From: Utricularia gibba
Lineage: Eukaryota; Plantae; Magnoliophyta
DNA length: 64,000 nucleotides
Reading direction: 5' to 3'
Assembly (NCBI GenBank): GCA_002189035.1
Contig: CM007990.1
Coordinates: forward strand, 3,038,001-3,102,000
Shown: positions 38,979 through 51,519 of the stretch, one piece after another
Position numbering within the stretch: position 1 is the first letter of the stretch
How the letters are laid out: each line of letters opens with the position of its first letter
Position numbers and translations under genes: made by a program
Notes under the pieces: generated by a model
The model's database searches: none
The model's input: the letters and a program-made list of their open reading frames with translations, nothing else
Told to the model about the DNA's origin: nothing

Positions 38979-41900
38979 ATGCTTCAAGAATCAATTCCTT
39001 CACCTTGGGTTTCCGCCCCCGTCCCCGCCTCCTTCTGTTGGCAGTTGTTAGTTTGTCCTAATTTGGTTATTATGCGTCACCTCTCCACCACGTTCAACAC
39101 TGGCTTTTCAGCCACGCATGGCAGGTTCAAAACAGTCCTCCATCTCTTTTCGCAGCTCAGTTCGATGCAAATCGATGCTTCTGCCCAAACGCGAACCATC
39201 CTCGCAAAGGCATTGCTGAAACAAAGTAGATGGGATGAAGCGGCCGAGTTGTTGAGCAAGTCCCACTCCCTGATTGTTGATAAAACTCGGGTCTTTGATT
39301 CTTTAGTCCAAGGTATATGTTCTTCTGATCAGGACCCGGAGAAGGGGCTCTCTTTGCTAAAAGTTTTCTTGAAACAACCGAGTTTTTTCCCTTCTTCTCG
39401 TACCTTTTGTGTTTTACTTGGTTGTTTCAGCAAGATGGGGAAATTGGATAGTGCTATGGAGGTCTTGAGATTGATGTCAGATAATATATTCAAGTGTCCC
39501 TTTCAGAATTATGCACTGAGTTCAGTGATTTCTGAGCTTCTCAGAATTGGGAAGCCTGAACTTGCTGTTAGATTTTATGAGACTGCGGTCGAATTGAGTT
39601 ATTTGAAGCCTGACACTGTTAACAATGCAACTGTTGTGACTGCATACTGTGAGCTAAGAAATATCTATGAGGTTTCAGAATTGGTTTCTTGGATGAAAAA
39701 CAATGAGCTAAGATTGCATCTGATAATGTATAGCACCTGGTTATATGGGAGTTTAAGGGAAGGATTAATTTATGATGCATTCAGTATGTTTAGACGAATG
39801 GTAAATGGAAATGTCATGTTGGATACCTTGGGTTACACTGTACTTATCCATGAACTCTCCGAGACAGGAAACGTGGAAAAGGCTTTTGGTATCTTGTGTA
39901 AGATGAAGAGGGATGGAATTGAACCAGATTTGGTAACTTACAACGCAATAATTTGGGGATTTTTCCGTAAGGGAAAATTAAATGAAGCACTTGCACTTTT
40001 TGGGATACTTAAGAAAATCAAAGTTGAGATTGATGAATTTACATATGCCATCCTGATTCATGCGGCTTGCAGACAAGAGGACATGGATCTTGTGTTTGTG
40101 CTGATTGATGAGATGGATAAGAAAGATATAAATATTGGTGCTATTATTTTTAACACTGTTATCGATGGATTGCTAAGAAGAACGAGGATATTTGAGGTTG
40201 ATGAATCACCAAGCAGCATAAATGGAGATGGTGCTCCATGCAGTGCATGCATACAGGAAGATATGGTGGGAGATGATAAATCAAGTTCAGAAGCAGATAA
40301 AATAACTGAAGCAGCTCTCACTGATTTGAATGTGGTAGGATGCGACATTCTGATGAAAATTATGCTTATGGTAGGTAGGTTTGAAGATGCACTGGAAATT
40401 TATCACCGACTGCAACAAATGGGTACATCCACAAACTATGTAACTTACTGGATGTTGATTGATGGCTATTGTAAAGCAGGAAGAGTTGATGAGGCACTTG
40501 AGATAATGGATGACTATCTAAAGAAAACATCAGACTCCGCAGCAGCTTGTTATGCCCGTATTATTTCCAGCCTCTGCAAGAAGGGTTTCGTAGATTTAAT
40601 AATCGATGTTCTAGAGGAATATGTCAGTAAAGATTTCCCATTGCACAATTCAATGTGTTTGATGTTGATCAAGACAGCATTTGATAAAAACAGTGCAAAA
40701 GGTATTCTAGAAATGATTGTCAAAATGGAACACATTGGCTACAAAGCATTACATAGCATGTACAGCAATGCTATTTGTTACCTGTGCAAGATGGGATTCC
40801 CTGAAGTTGCATATGAAATGTTATTGGCTATGAAGACAAAGAGATTAACACCACTGAATGCATGCTATTACTGTATTTTGAAAACTCTTCTTGCTGAGCG
40901 TAAAATGATGCTGGCTGAAATCATTTTGACTTCTTTTCTTAAGTTTCATGGCATGTCCGACGTGCAAGTTTGCAAAATAATTGCACATTACTTATGTTTG
41001 CAGGATGTTAAGAAGGCCCTTGTTTTCCTCTCAATGATAAATGAAAGTAGATTGTATTTGACACTTCCCATTGTTGTATTGAAGATGCTGATAAATGATA
41101 GCAGGTATTTGGATGTATACGAGCTATTGATGATGGCAGAAAACAGCCTTCCTTGTTTGGATGTGTTCCATTATTCAAATATTTTAGATGGACTCTGTAA
41201 AGGTGGCCACATTGATGCAGCTTTAAATGTATGTAACTTGGCCATGAAGAATGGCATATCTCTCAATATAGTCAGCTACAACTCTGTAATGAATGGGCTG
41301 TGCCGTCAGGGTTGTCTGCTTGAAGCTTTCAGGTTGTTTGATTCACTGGATCGGATTAATGTTCATCCAACGGAAGTTACATATGGTACACTAATAGATG
41401 CTTTAGTAAACCAAGGGCGTATGGTGGATGCAAAAATGTTATTTGATGAGATGTTCCTCAAGAATCTGAGACCAAATACGCATATTTACAACTCACTTAT
41501 GAATGGTTTCTGCAAGGCAAATCAATTTGGGGAAGCTGCAAAGCTCTTCCAAGATTTGGAGATGCAGGAGGTTGAGGCAGATGCATTCACAGTTGCAGTG
41601 GTGATGAATTGTTATCATCTTAAAGGTGACATGGAAGGAGGTCTTGCGCAATTTTCCCGTTTCAGAAGGAAAGGGGTGTTACCAGATTTGGTGGGGTACA
41701 TGCATCTGCTCAGAGGCTTCTGTGCTAAAGGTAGAATGGAGGAAGCTCGAAGCATAACGCGGTACATGCTCAGTACACCATCTGTTACTGATGTGCTGAA
41801 AAAAGTGGAAAATGAAGAGTCTGACTCTGTGGTTGATCTAGTTTCCATGCTTTGTGAACAAGGAAGAATTAGCGAGGTTGTTAGTATTTTAGATGAAATC

Positions 41901-42125
41901 GAGTCCATATTTTTCAAATCTGCAACACTTAAAGAAAAATCAGAAGGAAAAGACAATGAACCGATGGTTTCAAGGGGGGATGCAAGTGTGTGCTTCAGCA
42001 AAGAAGATGCTGATACGGAAGTGTTGAAAACTTTTGAATCCTTCTATTCGGCTATTCGTTCCCTTTGCATGAAGGGAGAGATTGATAAAGCCAATAGATG
42101 GGCAAAATTACTGATCAAATCATGA
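38979..42125 (+). CDS. P-class pentatricopeptide repeat protein, At5g57250-like, single exon, 1048 aa
   Basis: Intronless ORF with many 35-aa PPR repeats (e.g. YTVLIHELSETGNVEKAFGILCKM, YNSVMNGLCRQGCLLEAFRLFDSL). DPEKGL, FPSSRTFC and GKPELA resemble At5g57250 as recalled. True start codon uncertain. Confidence 0.93.
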   Translation: MLQESIPSPWVSAPVPASFCWQLLVCPNLVIMRHLSTTFNTGFSATHGRFKTVLHLFSQLSSMQIDASAQTRTILAKALLKQSRWDEAAELLSKSHSLIVDKTRVFDSLVQGICSSDQDPEKGLSLLKVFLKQPSFFPSSRTFCVLLGCFSKMGKLDSAMEVLRLMSDNIFKCPFQNYALSSVISELLRIGKPELAVRFYETAVELSYLKPDTVNNATVVTAYCELRNIYEVSELVSWMKNNELRLHLIMYSTWLYGSLREGLIYDAFSMFRRMVNGNVMLDTLGYTVLIHELSETGNVEKAFGILCKMKRDGIEPDLVTYNAIIWGFFRKGKLNEALALFGILKKIKVEIDEFTYAILIHAACRQEDMDLVFVLIDEMDKKDINIGAIIFNTVIDGLLRRTRIFEVDESPSSINGDGAPCSACIQEDMVGDDKSSSEADKITEAALTDLNVVGCDILMKIMLMVGRFEDALEIYHRLQQMGTSTNYVTYWMLIDGYCKAGRVDEALEIMDDYLKKTSDSAAACYARIISSLCKKGFVDLIIDVLEEYVSKDFPLHNSMCLMLIKTAFDKNSAKGILEMIVKMEHIGYKALHSMYSNAICYLCKMGFPEVAYEMLLAMKTKRLTPLNACYYCILKTLLAERKMMLAEIILTSFLKFHGMSDVQVCKIIAHYLCLQDVKKALVFLSMINESRLYLTLPIVVLKMLINDSRYLDVYELLMMAENSLPCLDVFHYSNILDGLCKGGHIDAALNVCNLAMKNGISLNIVSYNSVMNGLCRQGCLLEAFRLFDSLDRINVHPTEVTYGTLIDALVNQGRMVDAKMLFDEMFLKNLRPNTHIYNSLMNGFCKANQFGEAAKLFQDLEMQEVEADAFTVAVVMNCYHLKGDMEGGLAQFSRFRRKGVLPDLVGYMHLLRGFCAKGRMEEARSITRYMLSTPSVTDVLKKVENEESDSVVDLVSMLCEQGRISEVVSILDEIESIFFKSATLKEKSEGKDNEPMVSRGDASVCFSKEDADTEVLKTFESFYSAIRSLCMKGEIDKANRWAKLLIKS

Positions 42126-42701
42126 CGCTTCTGCTTTCCCACACAAGACCGGCATTCTGGGTATGGCTTTGTGGAGCCAGTCCTGAACACGGAAACGATT
42201 GTTGTCCAAGTTTGCGAGTTCTCAGCAGCAGAAACATGTTTTATACAGTGTAAAGCCAAACTGATCTGCTTGTCTCTCATCCCTTTTCCAGCATGTTGTA
42301 TACACAAGGCCTTGAAGGGTCTTCTTGTAAAGATATGGCCACCGAAGGGACATGAGCCATTGGTGCAGTGAGTGAAGCCAAACATCAGAGTAATTTTGTC
42401 AGTAATTTATACAGAGTTCTTCAGGATTAGTTTGAGGGTGACAACACAGAAGCTCAGCTGTACCTGTTTGTACTTTATACTAATACTATTTAATTTTGAT
42501 TACAATGTACTTATTTATTCCCAATCCATTTACTTCTTGGTTTCGTGTATCGTCAAACTATTCACAATCTGTAAAAAGAATTTAATTGTTACTGTAAAAA
42601 TGAGAGTGAATGCACAAAACATAACATAATACAAATGCTCGGTAACATTCATGAGATGGAAATATAAAATATTGACTAAAGCGAACGAATTAAATCAGAT
42701 G

Positions 42702-43033
42702 GTTCGATTTCTCAATCTTTCTGACTTGCTCCTACGGAACTAAGGTCGAAAAGATTGAAAAAATCAGTCATTCACAACCACTGATGAAGGATTCCTCGAA
42801 AAGTTAAGGATTAGTAATCTTTTTTTTTTAGAAATCGAATGGATTCGGTCTTATACATACGCGAGGAAGGTCATCTTCTTTCTTTTATCACTTAGGAGCC
42901 GTGTGAGATGAAAGTCTCATGCACGGTTTTGAATGAGAGAAAGAAGTGAGGAATCCTCTTTTCGACTCTGACTCTCCCACTCCAGTCGTTGCTTTTCTTT
43001 CTGTTACTTCGAAAGTAGCTGCTTCAGCTTCAG
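42702..43033 (+). other. ndhB: NUPT: plastid ndhB group II intron 3' part plus start of exon 2
   Basis: Group II domain V-like ggagccgtgtgagatgaaagtctcatgcacggtt (~42895), then tctcccactccagtc... reading SPTPVVAFLSVTSKVAASAS (ndhB exon 2, as recalled). Left boundary approximate. Confidence 0.9.
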
Positions 43034-43540
43034 ATGAATAAAAAAATAGTATTTTCATAAAACTGACCACCCCTCCGCGGCATAGTCAACTTCCAACAGC
43101 CCATCAAAGGTTGAAGAATTTTGATACAAACTGGAAAATGGAGGATGCCTACGGTCAAATGTTCCAACAACAGGACAAGGTATATTCACTTGCATCTTTA
43201 ACCACATGTAACAGTTTTGCTGAACCCAGAAAAAATACAAGGAAACAATCAGAATAACTAAAACATCATAATGGGAGAAAACCAAACACTTGTGCACCAC
43301 TGTATCCAGATTGTTGCCCCCCGCCCCCCCCCAAGTCTGTGTCTGCGGCATCCCAGAGTTCGAAGCACATTATGATCTATAACAATGGTGCTGCATTCTC
43401 TGCCATTTCCCACTTGCACTTGGAAAATAAACATGGCTATATGGACAACGACATATAGGGAAAAAAAAAGGAGGGCCAGGACGAATGCAGAAAGGTAGTC
43501 AACCAAAGAATCAATAACCAATGGAGTTATATTCATCCCA

Positions 43541-46322
43541 CTAAAGGGATGTATAGTTCGAAAAGAGTTGAAGCAAAACATCAAGAGTTTCAGGTAAAAA
43601 TTTCCTTCCAAACAAGTAACATGGTCTCTGGCTCCCATTCCACATGCATTGACGAATTTGAGTTTGCTTCTGCATTGCACCAGAACAAGTGTGTGTATTC
43701 AAACAGAGAAAAGAGACTGTAATAGAGATGATTCTTACCACTTTTTCACTCGTAACATGGACACTTTCCATCACAGACTGCAACAGAATACAGAAAGAGG
43801 AATCAACCATTTTGTATCTTCAATGTATGATACCGTTTTTCTATGAAGAATAAGGATAAGTTCACACAAAGATGTGAACGAAAAACCCCATGTGTAAGAA
43901 TGAGAAAATCAAGGTGAAAAGCGGGAAAAGGATGGTGTCATACTGTAATGTTTCTCATAAGTTCAAACGTAATATCCTCAGGTGCGTATGATTTGGGATG
44001 CCACTTGCCTTCAGACCAGTCAACATGTGTCACTGACCAGTTAGCAATTCCAGATGGATCAAGCATCTAAAGCACATTAGAAAAACATTATGTGATAAAT
44101 ACAAATAATAGAAGATAAGTGGGAGGAGGATTAGGAGAAGAAAGAATCTCACATGAAAAAATGTAGGCAGATAATGCTCATCAGAGTAGCAATTGCGATC
44201 TTGTTCCATGCCTGGCTGTTCAACCAAAGGAATAAATGGAAAAAGTAGGTCAGTGGATGTGTCGTTCGGCCTTGAAAGGAAAATATGGTCAGACAATCAT
44301 GAATCAGTACTAAATGACAAACATCTCAAAGAAATGAGTACCCTGCAGTAATCTCTGAATTTCGTGTAGTATAGGGTGTCCGCCAAGACAACAATGGCAT
44401 GTTGTCGTTTCATTGTGAACCACTGTATCATTCAAAGACATACACAATGAGTGGTTTTTTGGTGATTTGCATCAGTAGGAATTGTGTTTGAATGCCTCCG
44501 TAGTAGAGAAGAGAATTAATAAAACAGCTTTTACTGAAAACACCTGTGAACCCTTGCGAAAGTCTTTCTTTTCAACCTCCGGTAGCATGTGCTCACTATA
44601 TCTGCCACTTCCATGTACACCAGGATCCTCAAAGCTGCATCAATGTGGTGTATGGTCAATACTGATTAGGGGTTTGAGACCACATAATTTATATTTTTAT
44701 ACTCAATTGCACTAAATTACAAACTTTTTGCTTTCCAACTTTCTTAAGCTCGCACAGGAACCACAATAAAAGAAATGGAAAACTGTTGGCTATCCAAAAA
44801 TAACACCTTACCTATCTATAAAGCTAACGTTGGTATACAACAGATAGTTGTACACAAAATCAAAATCCCGGAGTGGTATGCAGCTACCAGACAGATAAAA
44901 AAAAAGGTTAATCCGTATCTAAGTAAAAGTAAGGATAATGTTAGAAATTGACAATATACTCATTGGACCTGTCTGAGAGCAGAACAAAATGCTGGTTGTC
45001 AGGGTCCTTGAGTGCATTGGCTAGAAGCCTCCTTTCTGCGTCGACCATTGAGATTTTACCCCACTCTACCTGAAAAGCGAGTTAGTGAGAGTTGGGTTCC
45101 ACCTGAGGCCCCTTCCAATTGATTGAGCACAAAATGGAAATTCTATGATAGGAAACGCAATTTTGAGCTGTGCTTGCTTTCATACTCTTAAAAGGTGAAC
45201 CAATGAAAATACATGCATTGTAAAAGCATCAGATGGAAAAACAGTTTCTAAATTGCCAGTTTTGATTCATAAGAACAAATAACAAGTTAAGGACCTTGTC
45301 ACTACGAATCTCTTGATTGATAAAATAACGGCTATAATGTACAGGTTTATCCTTCGATGCATGAACATAGACAGAAAATCTACCTTCATGGCCCTGTGGG
45401 ATAAGAAAAAGGATATTAGATGATTTAATAACATAAATTACAGGGAGCTGGAAAGATCTGAGTAAGTTCAATGTTGTTTGCCTTGACCTTAACTGAAAGT
45501 GATATTTTTCCTCCATTCTTTCATTTTCTGGTCAGCAGGAGAAAAATGCATCAATTCTCTACCAACTACACTACCCGCTCATCCCTCTTTCGTTTAGTTT
45601 TTTCCTTTACACACCTATTATTATTTTTTTAATTTTATTAACACAACCATGAAAGCACTTGACCGCACTCCAAAATCATGGGAGCTTAAGAAAAATCCTA
45701 TAACGAGAAAAATTATGGAAGCATTAAAAGTTATTCAAAGATGAACTTTGAACCGTAAACAATAAAATAAATACAACGAGCAGCTCATGGAAGAACTAAA
45801 GTTGAAGATGGAGATTAACTGATTCAGAACGAGGCAAAAGGCTTTCAGTGCTAGAGTTAACTGTATGACTGACAAGAAGAAAAGTAAGTCAACAACATTC
45901 ATTTTTACTATTTGAGCATTGTATAGAAACGGCTAGTACCTGGAAAAATATATCCCATAGCTTTTCAAACGGCAATGCCCCAGGAGTCAGAAATAAAAAT
46001 GCAATTTTTGGCAATCTTGATACAGATGGAGGCATGTTCAATATATCTCTAATAACAACTCGTGAAGCAACTTCATCATCGCTTAGTTCCCGTGCAGGTT
46101 TCGGTGGAAGCCACCTTTGAAATGCCTTACAGCCATTTGATGAGAAAATATAGCAAGAGGTAGAACTCTGGGTGGATAAACATAAGCACAAACCAAGAAC
46201 ACGCATATCAGGGAAACCAACACGATGATCCAAGTTGGCTTCCTAAGATGGCCACGCTGGCGAGACCCAGGCAACATCGACATATCTTTCACGCCTGGAT
46301 GCCACACCTGAGCTGACTTCAT
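43541..46322 (-). CDS. Core-2/I-branching beta-1,6-N-acetylglucosaminyltransferase family (DUF266, BC10-like), At5g57270-like; 1 nt short in exon 1 as given
   Basis: 10 exons: 46322-45940, 45393-45295, 45069-44969, 44883-44812, 44634-44544, 44422-44342, 44215-44153, 44066-43944, 43777-43739, 43669-43541. Motifs KIAFLFLTPG, FSVYVHAS, WGKISMVDAERRLLANAL, FVLLSDSCIP, FRKGSQW, DEHYLPT, CYLFGRKF. Sum is 1181 nt, i.e. 394 codons minus 1. Confidence 0.92.
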
Positions 46323-48401
46323 CAATAAATGTTCATCAGAGGACTATTGACATTAGCTCAGTATTCTTGCACCTCTTCACCCCACTGGAGTAACCTATTC
46401 CAAGAGACAAATGCAGATCTCAAAGCCTAGGTAAAAAACTGGCCCTGCAAACAAGACACGGGAATAAACCATTATGAAAGCTGAATAATCGGTGAATTTA
46501 AATACAACTGTAGGTCATATCAATGCCGACAGAAGCTTTCCCAAATGGTTATCACTCAAAATTTTGAAGAGGTACAGAATTCTAACAATGTTGTGTTATC
46601 CATGAAGCACCAAAAGTTAGTTAAAAATAGATGGATGGAAGTCGTTTGAGGGAACATGCTGAGAATCACAAGCAAAACATTCATTTAAAAATTCATGTCG
46701 GCGCTAATGCCAGAAACTGAATGGGGACAAGAACAGCGACAACCCCGTGACAACCTCTATTACCAGAAGACAGAACTGGAGATACGAAGAACCCCGAAAA
46801 TAAAACCTTCTACAGGTTCACTATGGTCAAGGAAGAAGAGGAAGATGGAGACATTCAGCGAGATTCGTCCATGGTTGATTGATCAGCTTGCGTCTCCAAA
46901 GCCTAGATCCCAATGATAAGAAACTAAAAGAACCAAGGCTCGACTCAGAAAATGTTGACACTAATATTATAGAGGGGTTCGGAACCAATGGCGAAAAGTA
47001 TGCAAATGCAAAAGTCAAGACGAAACCCAGAATTTGAACTCAAGAAATTAATCCGGATGAGAAGACATTCCGGTTATGTGAGGCCACACACCAAATAAGC
47101 TATACCTTATCATGAGTCACAGTGGTGACAAAATGCAGACCAACAATGCATTAAAGTTTCATCCACGTCTCTAATCCCACACCCCGACAACACAATTCAA
47201 ACAATGCCCTGGTCAAATCATCACTAGAAACATTTGAAAGCGTGCATTTTTAACAAATCGAGAACAAGAAACCTCATTAAACAGTCAGCGAATCCTAAGC
47301 AAGCATGGGAATCCTGAACTTGAAAGGTTTACACGTCTGTTTCCCTGGCCCCAAAATGTGCATAAAAATGCTCCGGAGTTGGGTGTCGTCAAAAAGCAAA
47401 TGGGGGGCGATGAAACGACAAAATCCAGGTGAATCAACAACAAAAGGGAGGGAGTATATACGATGTGGGCACCGATTCAGCAGATCGAATGGGAAACCCC
47501 GGCGGTGCGTGTAGCGCGTGGTTTGGGTTTGGGGATGCTTTTTATGGCGTGTTGGCAATTGAGAGGGATTAAGAAGGCGGAGAAGATAGAGAGCGAGAGC
47601 GCAGTGAAGTTGCTGGCTCCTCCGGCTCCACTGGCGAAACGAAGAAAATCGTAGCTCCAGCCTGCAAATTTTTTTTTTTTTTTGTTGTCGACAGATCAGC
47701 AAGCAGCGTTGAGAGAGAGAATTACTAAAAAATTAGCACCACCCGCGGACTCCGGCGCGTGGGACCACGAACATGGTACAAGGTAGAGGGGCTACTTTTG
47801 TTTCATGCAGTCTCGACCATGAAACAATTTATTTGTTTCCATAACAAATTCATAAATAATACGCTATAAAACGTTTCCGGACTATTATTTATTTAAATAT
47901 AAAAATGAGAAGTAAAATTTTGTTACCATGAGTCATGCATACACTACCTTATATTTTAATCCAAAATAATGAAAATTAAAATTATTTAAAATATTGGAAA
48001 AACATAGAAATAGATGGCAAGGGCTACTTCTCGGGGGAGAGGGGGGGGGGGAATGATTTAAATACCACACATTATATATTTTGTTTTGTGAAATACAATA
48101 AGTTTGTTTTATATTTGTATAAAACTACAAGTGTCACTTTTCATGTAAAATACCACATTTTATGTAAATTTTAACTATTAGTTAAATTCCAACTATTATA
48201 TAATAATAAATATATGTTAAATTAATATAAAATTTATATTTTAATAGAATTATAACATATATATATTAATTTATTTTTTAAAAAATTATTACATTTTATA
48301 AGCAACATCTAAATTGGGTTAACTTATTTAGAGTCTGTTTGGTGCAATTCTTTTCAATAAAAATACTTCTATAAATGATTTTCAAATAAAACATGCGTTG
48401 C

Positions 48402-48488
48402 TTTTATTTCACATGAAGCTAAAACAATGAAATACTTCAATTTTTTTATTTCACATGAAGCTAAAACAATGAAATACTTCAATTTTTT
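48402..48488. repeat. Tandem duplication, 42-bp unit x2
   Basis: tatttcacatgaagctaaaacaatgaaatacttcaatttt occurs twice with period 42 (anchors 48406 and 48448). Confidence 0.9.
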
Positions 48489-49178
48489 AAAAAAAATTTG
48501 AGGAACCGCTGCTCCTATAAAAACTAAAGTGATTCTTAAATATAGAGAATCACTTTATTTAGAATTATTTTGCATCAAATAGATCATTAATATCCGCACT
48601 TTGGATGCAACGTACTTCGGTAAGCATTGCCCACAATTGGGCATTGCATACTTTGGTAAGTGACGCCCAAAGCGTGGACGCTGCTTACTTGATATATGAT
48701 TATCATTAAATTTAATTATTAAAATAAAAAAATTACAATAAATGAATACTATCCTATTTATTTTTCACCTAACTATTTTTCTTTTTCTCTTCTTCTTACT
48801 CAAATACTTTTCATTCTTTTTATTCTTAAGTCCAATATAAGTTCTATCAACAAAATTAAGGCATATGAATTTTGTCCTTTTTAATGTTCACACAAAGTAT
48901 TTTACATGTGGATTGAGATTTTATCAATTCAACCGTTCATCGAGTCTATGGTTTGTTTGATTTAAGTTCTCTTACCTCCTTTTACACTAGCTTCCATTTT
49001 TAATATCATCGTATTTATGAAATTGTGCAAGGATGAAGGATTCCCACTTAGTGTAGGTGCATTATTTAGTTTTGTGAAGTATTCTGGAGTTACTTATACA
49101 AATAATTTTATGATATCATTGAAGGTAAGAATTCAAATTGTAAGAAGTTTATGAGATTCTTATGTAGAATGGTGCAAT

Positions 49179-49440
49179 AATTTCATGTGAATTACTCTAC
49201 TAGAAGATATGAGGATTAAGATATATAGACAAATTTCAACCTCATCAAATATTGAAAAATCATATAGTAAGAATGTTTATTTTTTACATAGTTTTTTATT
49301 TAGAATGACACAGCAATTTCGTGTGAATTACTCCACTAGAAGACATGAGGATTAAAATATATAAACAAATTTCAATCTCATCAAATGTTGAAAAACCATA
49401 TAGTAAGAATGTTTATTTTTGACATAGTTTTTCATTTATT
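49179..49440. repeat. Diverged tandem duplication, ~136-bp unit x2
   Basis: tgaattactc(t/c)actagaaga(t/c)atgaggatt...catatagtaagaatgtttatttt starts at 49188 and 49324. Confidence 0.85.
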
Positions 49441-50028
49441 ATTTTCATTAATATTTGTGATTCACATTAATGTATCCTAAGATGTCCGAATTTTGGAGAA
49501 ATACGATAAAGTCTTATAGCATTGATAGCAGGAAAGGACATGCAATATATGGATGTCAAACCACCAACTATGACTATCTAAGGTTCATTCTATATATGGT
49601 TTGATACTTCTTGGAAGTGTTGGGTTTCTTGTAGATATCGTATGTCACAAAAGCAACAGAATTCAAAATTTTTTTGAGAAACCCCAAACACAGATCTTGA
49701 AATATGGTATACGTCAGATAAAGGGATACTGTGAATACCTTTCAAAGTACTTCGTTGTTCACCAACCACCAATAGCAGACAACCTCTATGATATCCACAC
49801 GTGAAGCGTTCCGTCAATAACCTTCTCAAGACAATAGAATGATGGTCGATCTCCTCGGGTGCTAGTAGAGAAAATCACCCCCTTGCGGATCAATTTCAGA
49901 GAGAACAAAGATCTGGGAACATCTGCAGATCAAATGTTTTGATAGATACTTGATAACATATCTAATCAAATCTCTGTAAAGATCTTATCTTGTGGAGATA
50001 CATATATGTTTTAAATCTTATCTATATC

Positions 50029-51472
50029 TAGACATGTTCATGGGTTGGTTCTATGCCAACCCAGAACTGAGCCAACTATAAAGACAAAGACCCGGAACCG
50101 ACTCAGACCCGATTAAGAACCGATAGACCCAGAACCACGGTTCTTTATCGGTTCTGGGTCGATTCTGGGTCCTTACCGATTCTAACCTTTCCTAAAAACA
50201 TTGAATTTGAAAGCTTTCAAACAATAGAAGAACAATGCATTAAAAGGCATAGAAAGCCGACAAACACTAAGAAAAATGTTCATACAAATTAAAACATGAT
50301 CCGAGTTCAAAAAACTGAACTTCACACTTCAATGGCAGATAACCTATCATGAATGTTCTCATCCTCAATCAGTTCGTGTTCAAACAATGAGATTTGTTCC
50401 ATATCTGGATCACAAAAAAATAATATAAGATCAGATTAGGAAATCAGAAAATATTATCAAATAGTGATAATAAATAATGCTTCAGGCTTACCCTTGATCT
50501 CATTCCGTAGCCAATATCTAGTGCACATTAGTGCTTCTAGAATATGTTCCTTCAGCCTACTACGAAGAGCGGTAACAATTTTTCCACCAATACTAAAAGC
50601 GGATTATGATGCTACCGTAGAAATAGGAATAGCTAGAATATCATTTGTCATTTTCCTTAATGTAGGATAAGTCACATTGCCACTTACCGACCACCAATTA
50701 AGCACATTGAAATTCTCTATTCCTTACAAGACCGGCTCTTTGAGATAGTAGTCTAACTCTAATTCAATGGGATTTTGAAACAATTCTAAATTCTTTAGCA
50801 ATGAACTGATCATACATCGACAAAGTGGACGATCCAGATCTACTCATAGTAACCGAACTAGATGCAGAAACATGGTCAGTCGCCTTCAAAGATGATAAAC
50901 TCGAAATAAACGTATCTAGAGACTTGTATTCTTGTAAAAGATCTCTCACAATCTTCAACACTTCTTCAATATGAACACTAGCATGTTTGCCATAAATAAA
51001 AGGGAAATAGAATTCAATGAGCTTCATTTTATACCTTAGATCCAAAACCACAACAACTCCTGACAAGTGTCTCAATATTTGGAGAACTTGGCCATCATCT
51101 CTTCTGCCATATCCATTCCCAACTCTCTTATATCTTTCATAATTTGCAGTGGTATGGAAGATATAATAGAATCATCATTTGATGCCATCTCCTGAAATCT
51201 TATAATCCGAATGCACAAAATTAAGCTAAACAACACAAATCTAGTACACAATTAATTACTAACCCTAAATAGAGCAGATAGAAATCGAATCAATCAAATC
51301 TCAACGATCTATCTCAATGCCTAAACCATAACATGCACGACACCAAGTCAGCAACATAAAATATCAAAAGACTACTCAAATCCACAAACCCAAATCGACA
51401 CGGCTATCTACATCGTTGCAAAGCTCCCACTTCTTTCAACAAATATGGGCCACATTGTCATTTAATTATTTA

Positions 51473-51519
<47 letters not shown>

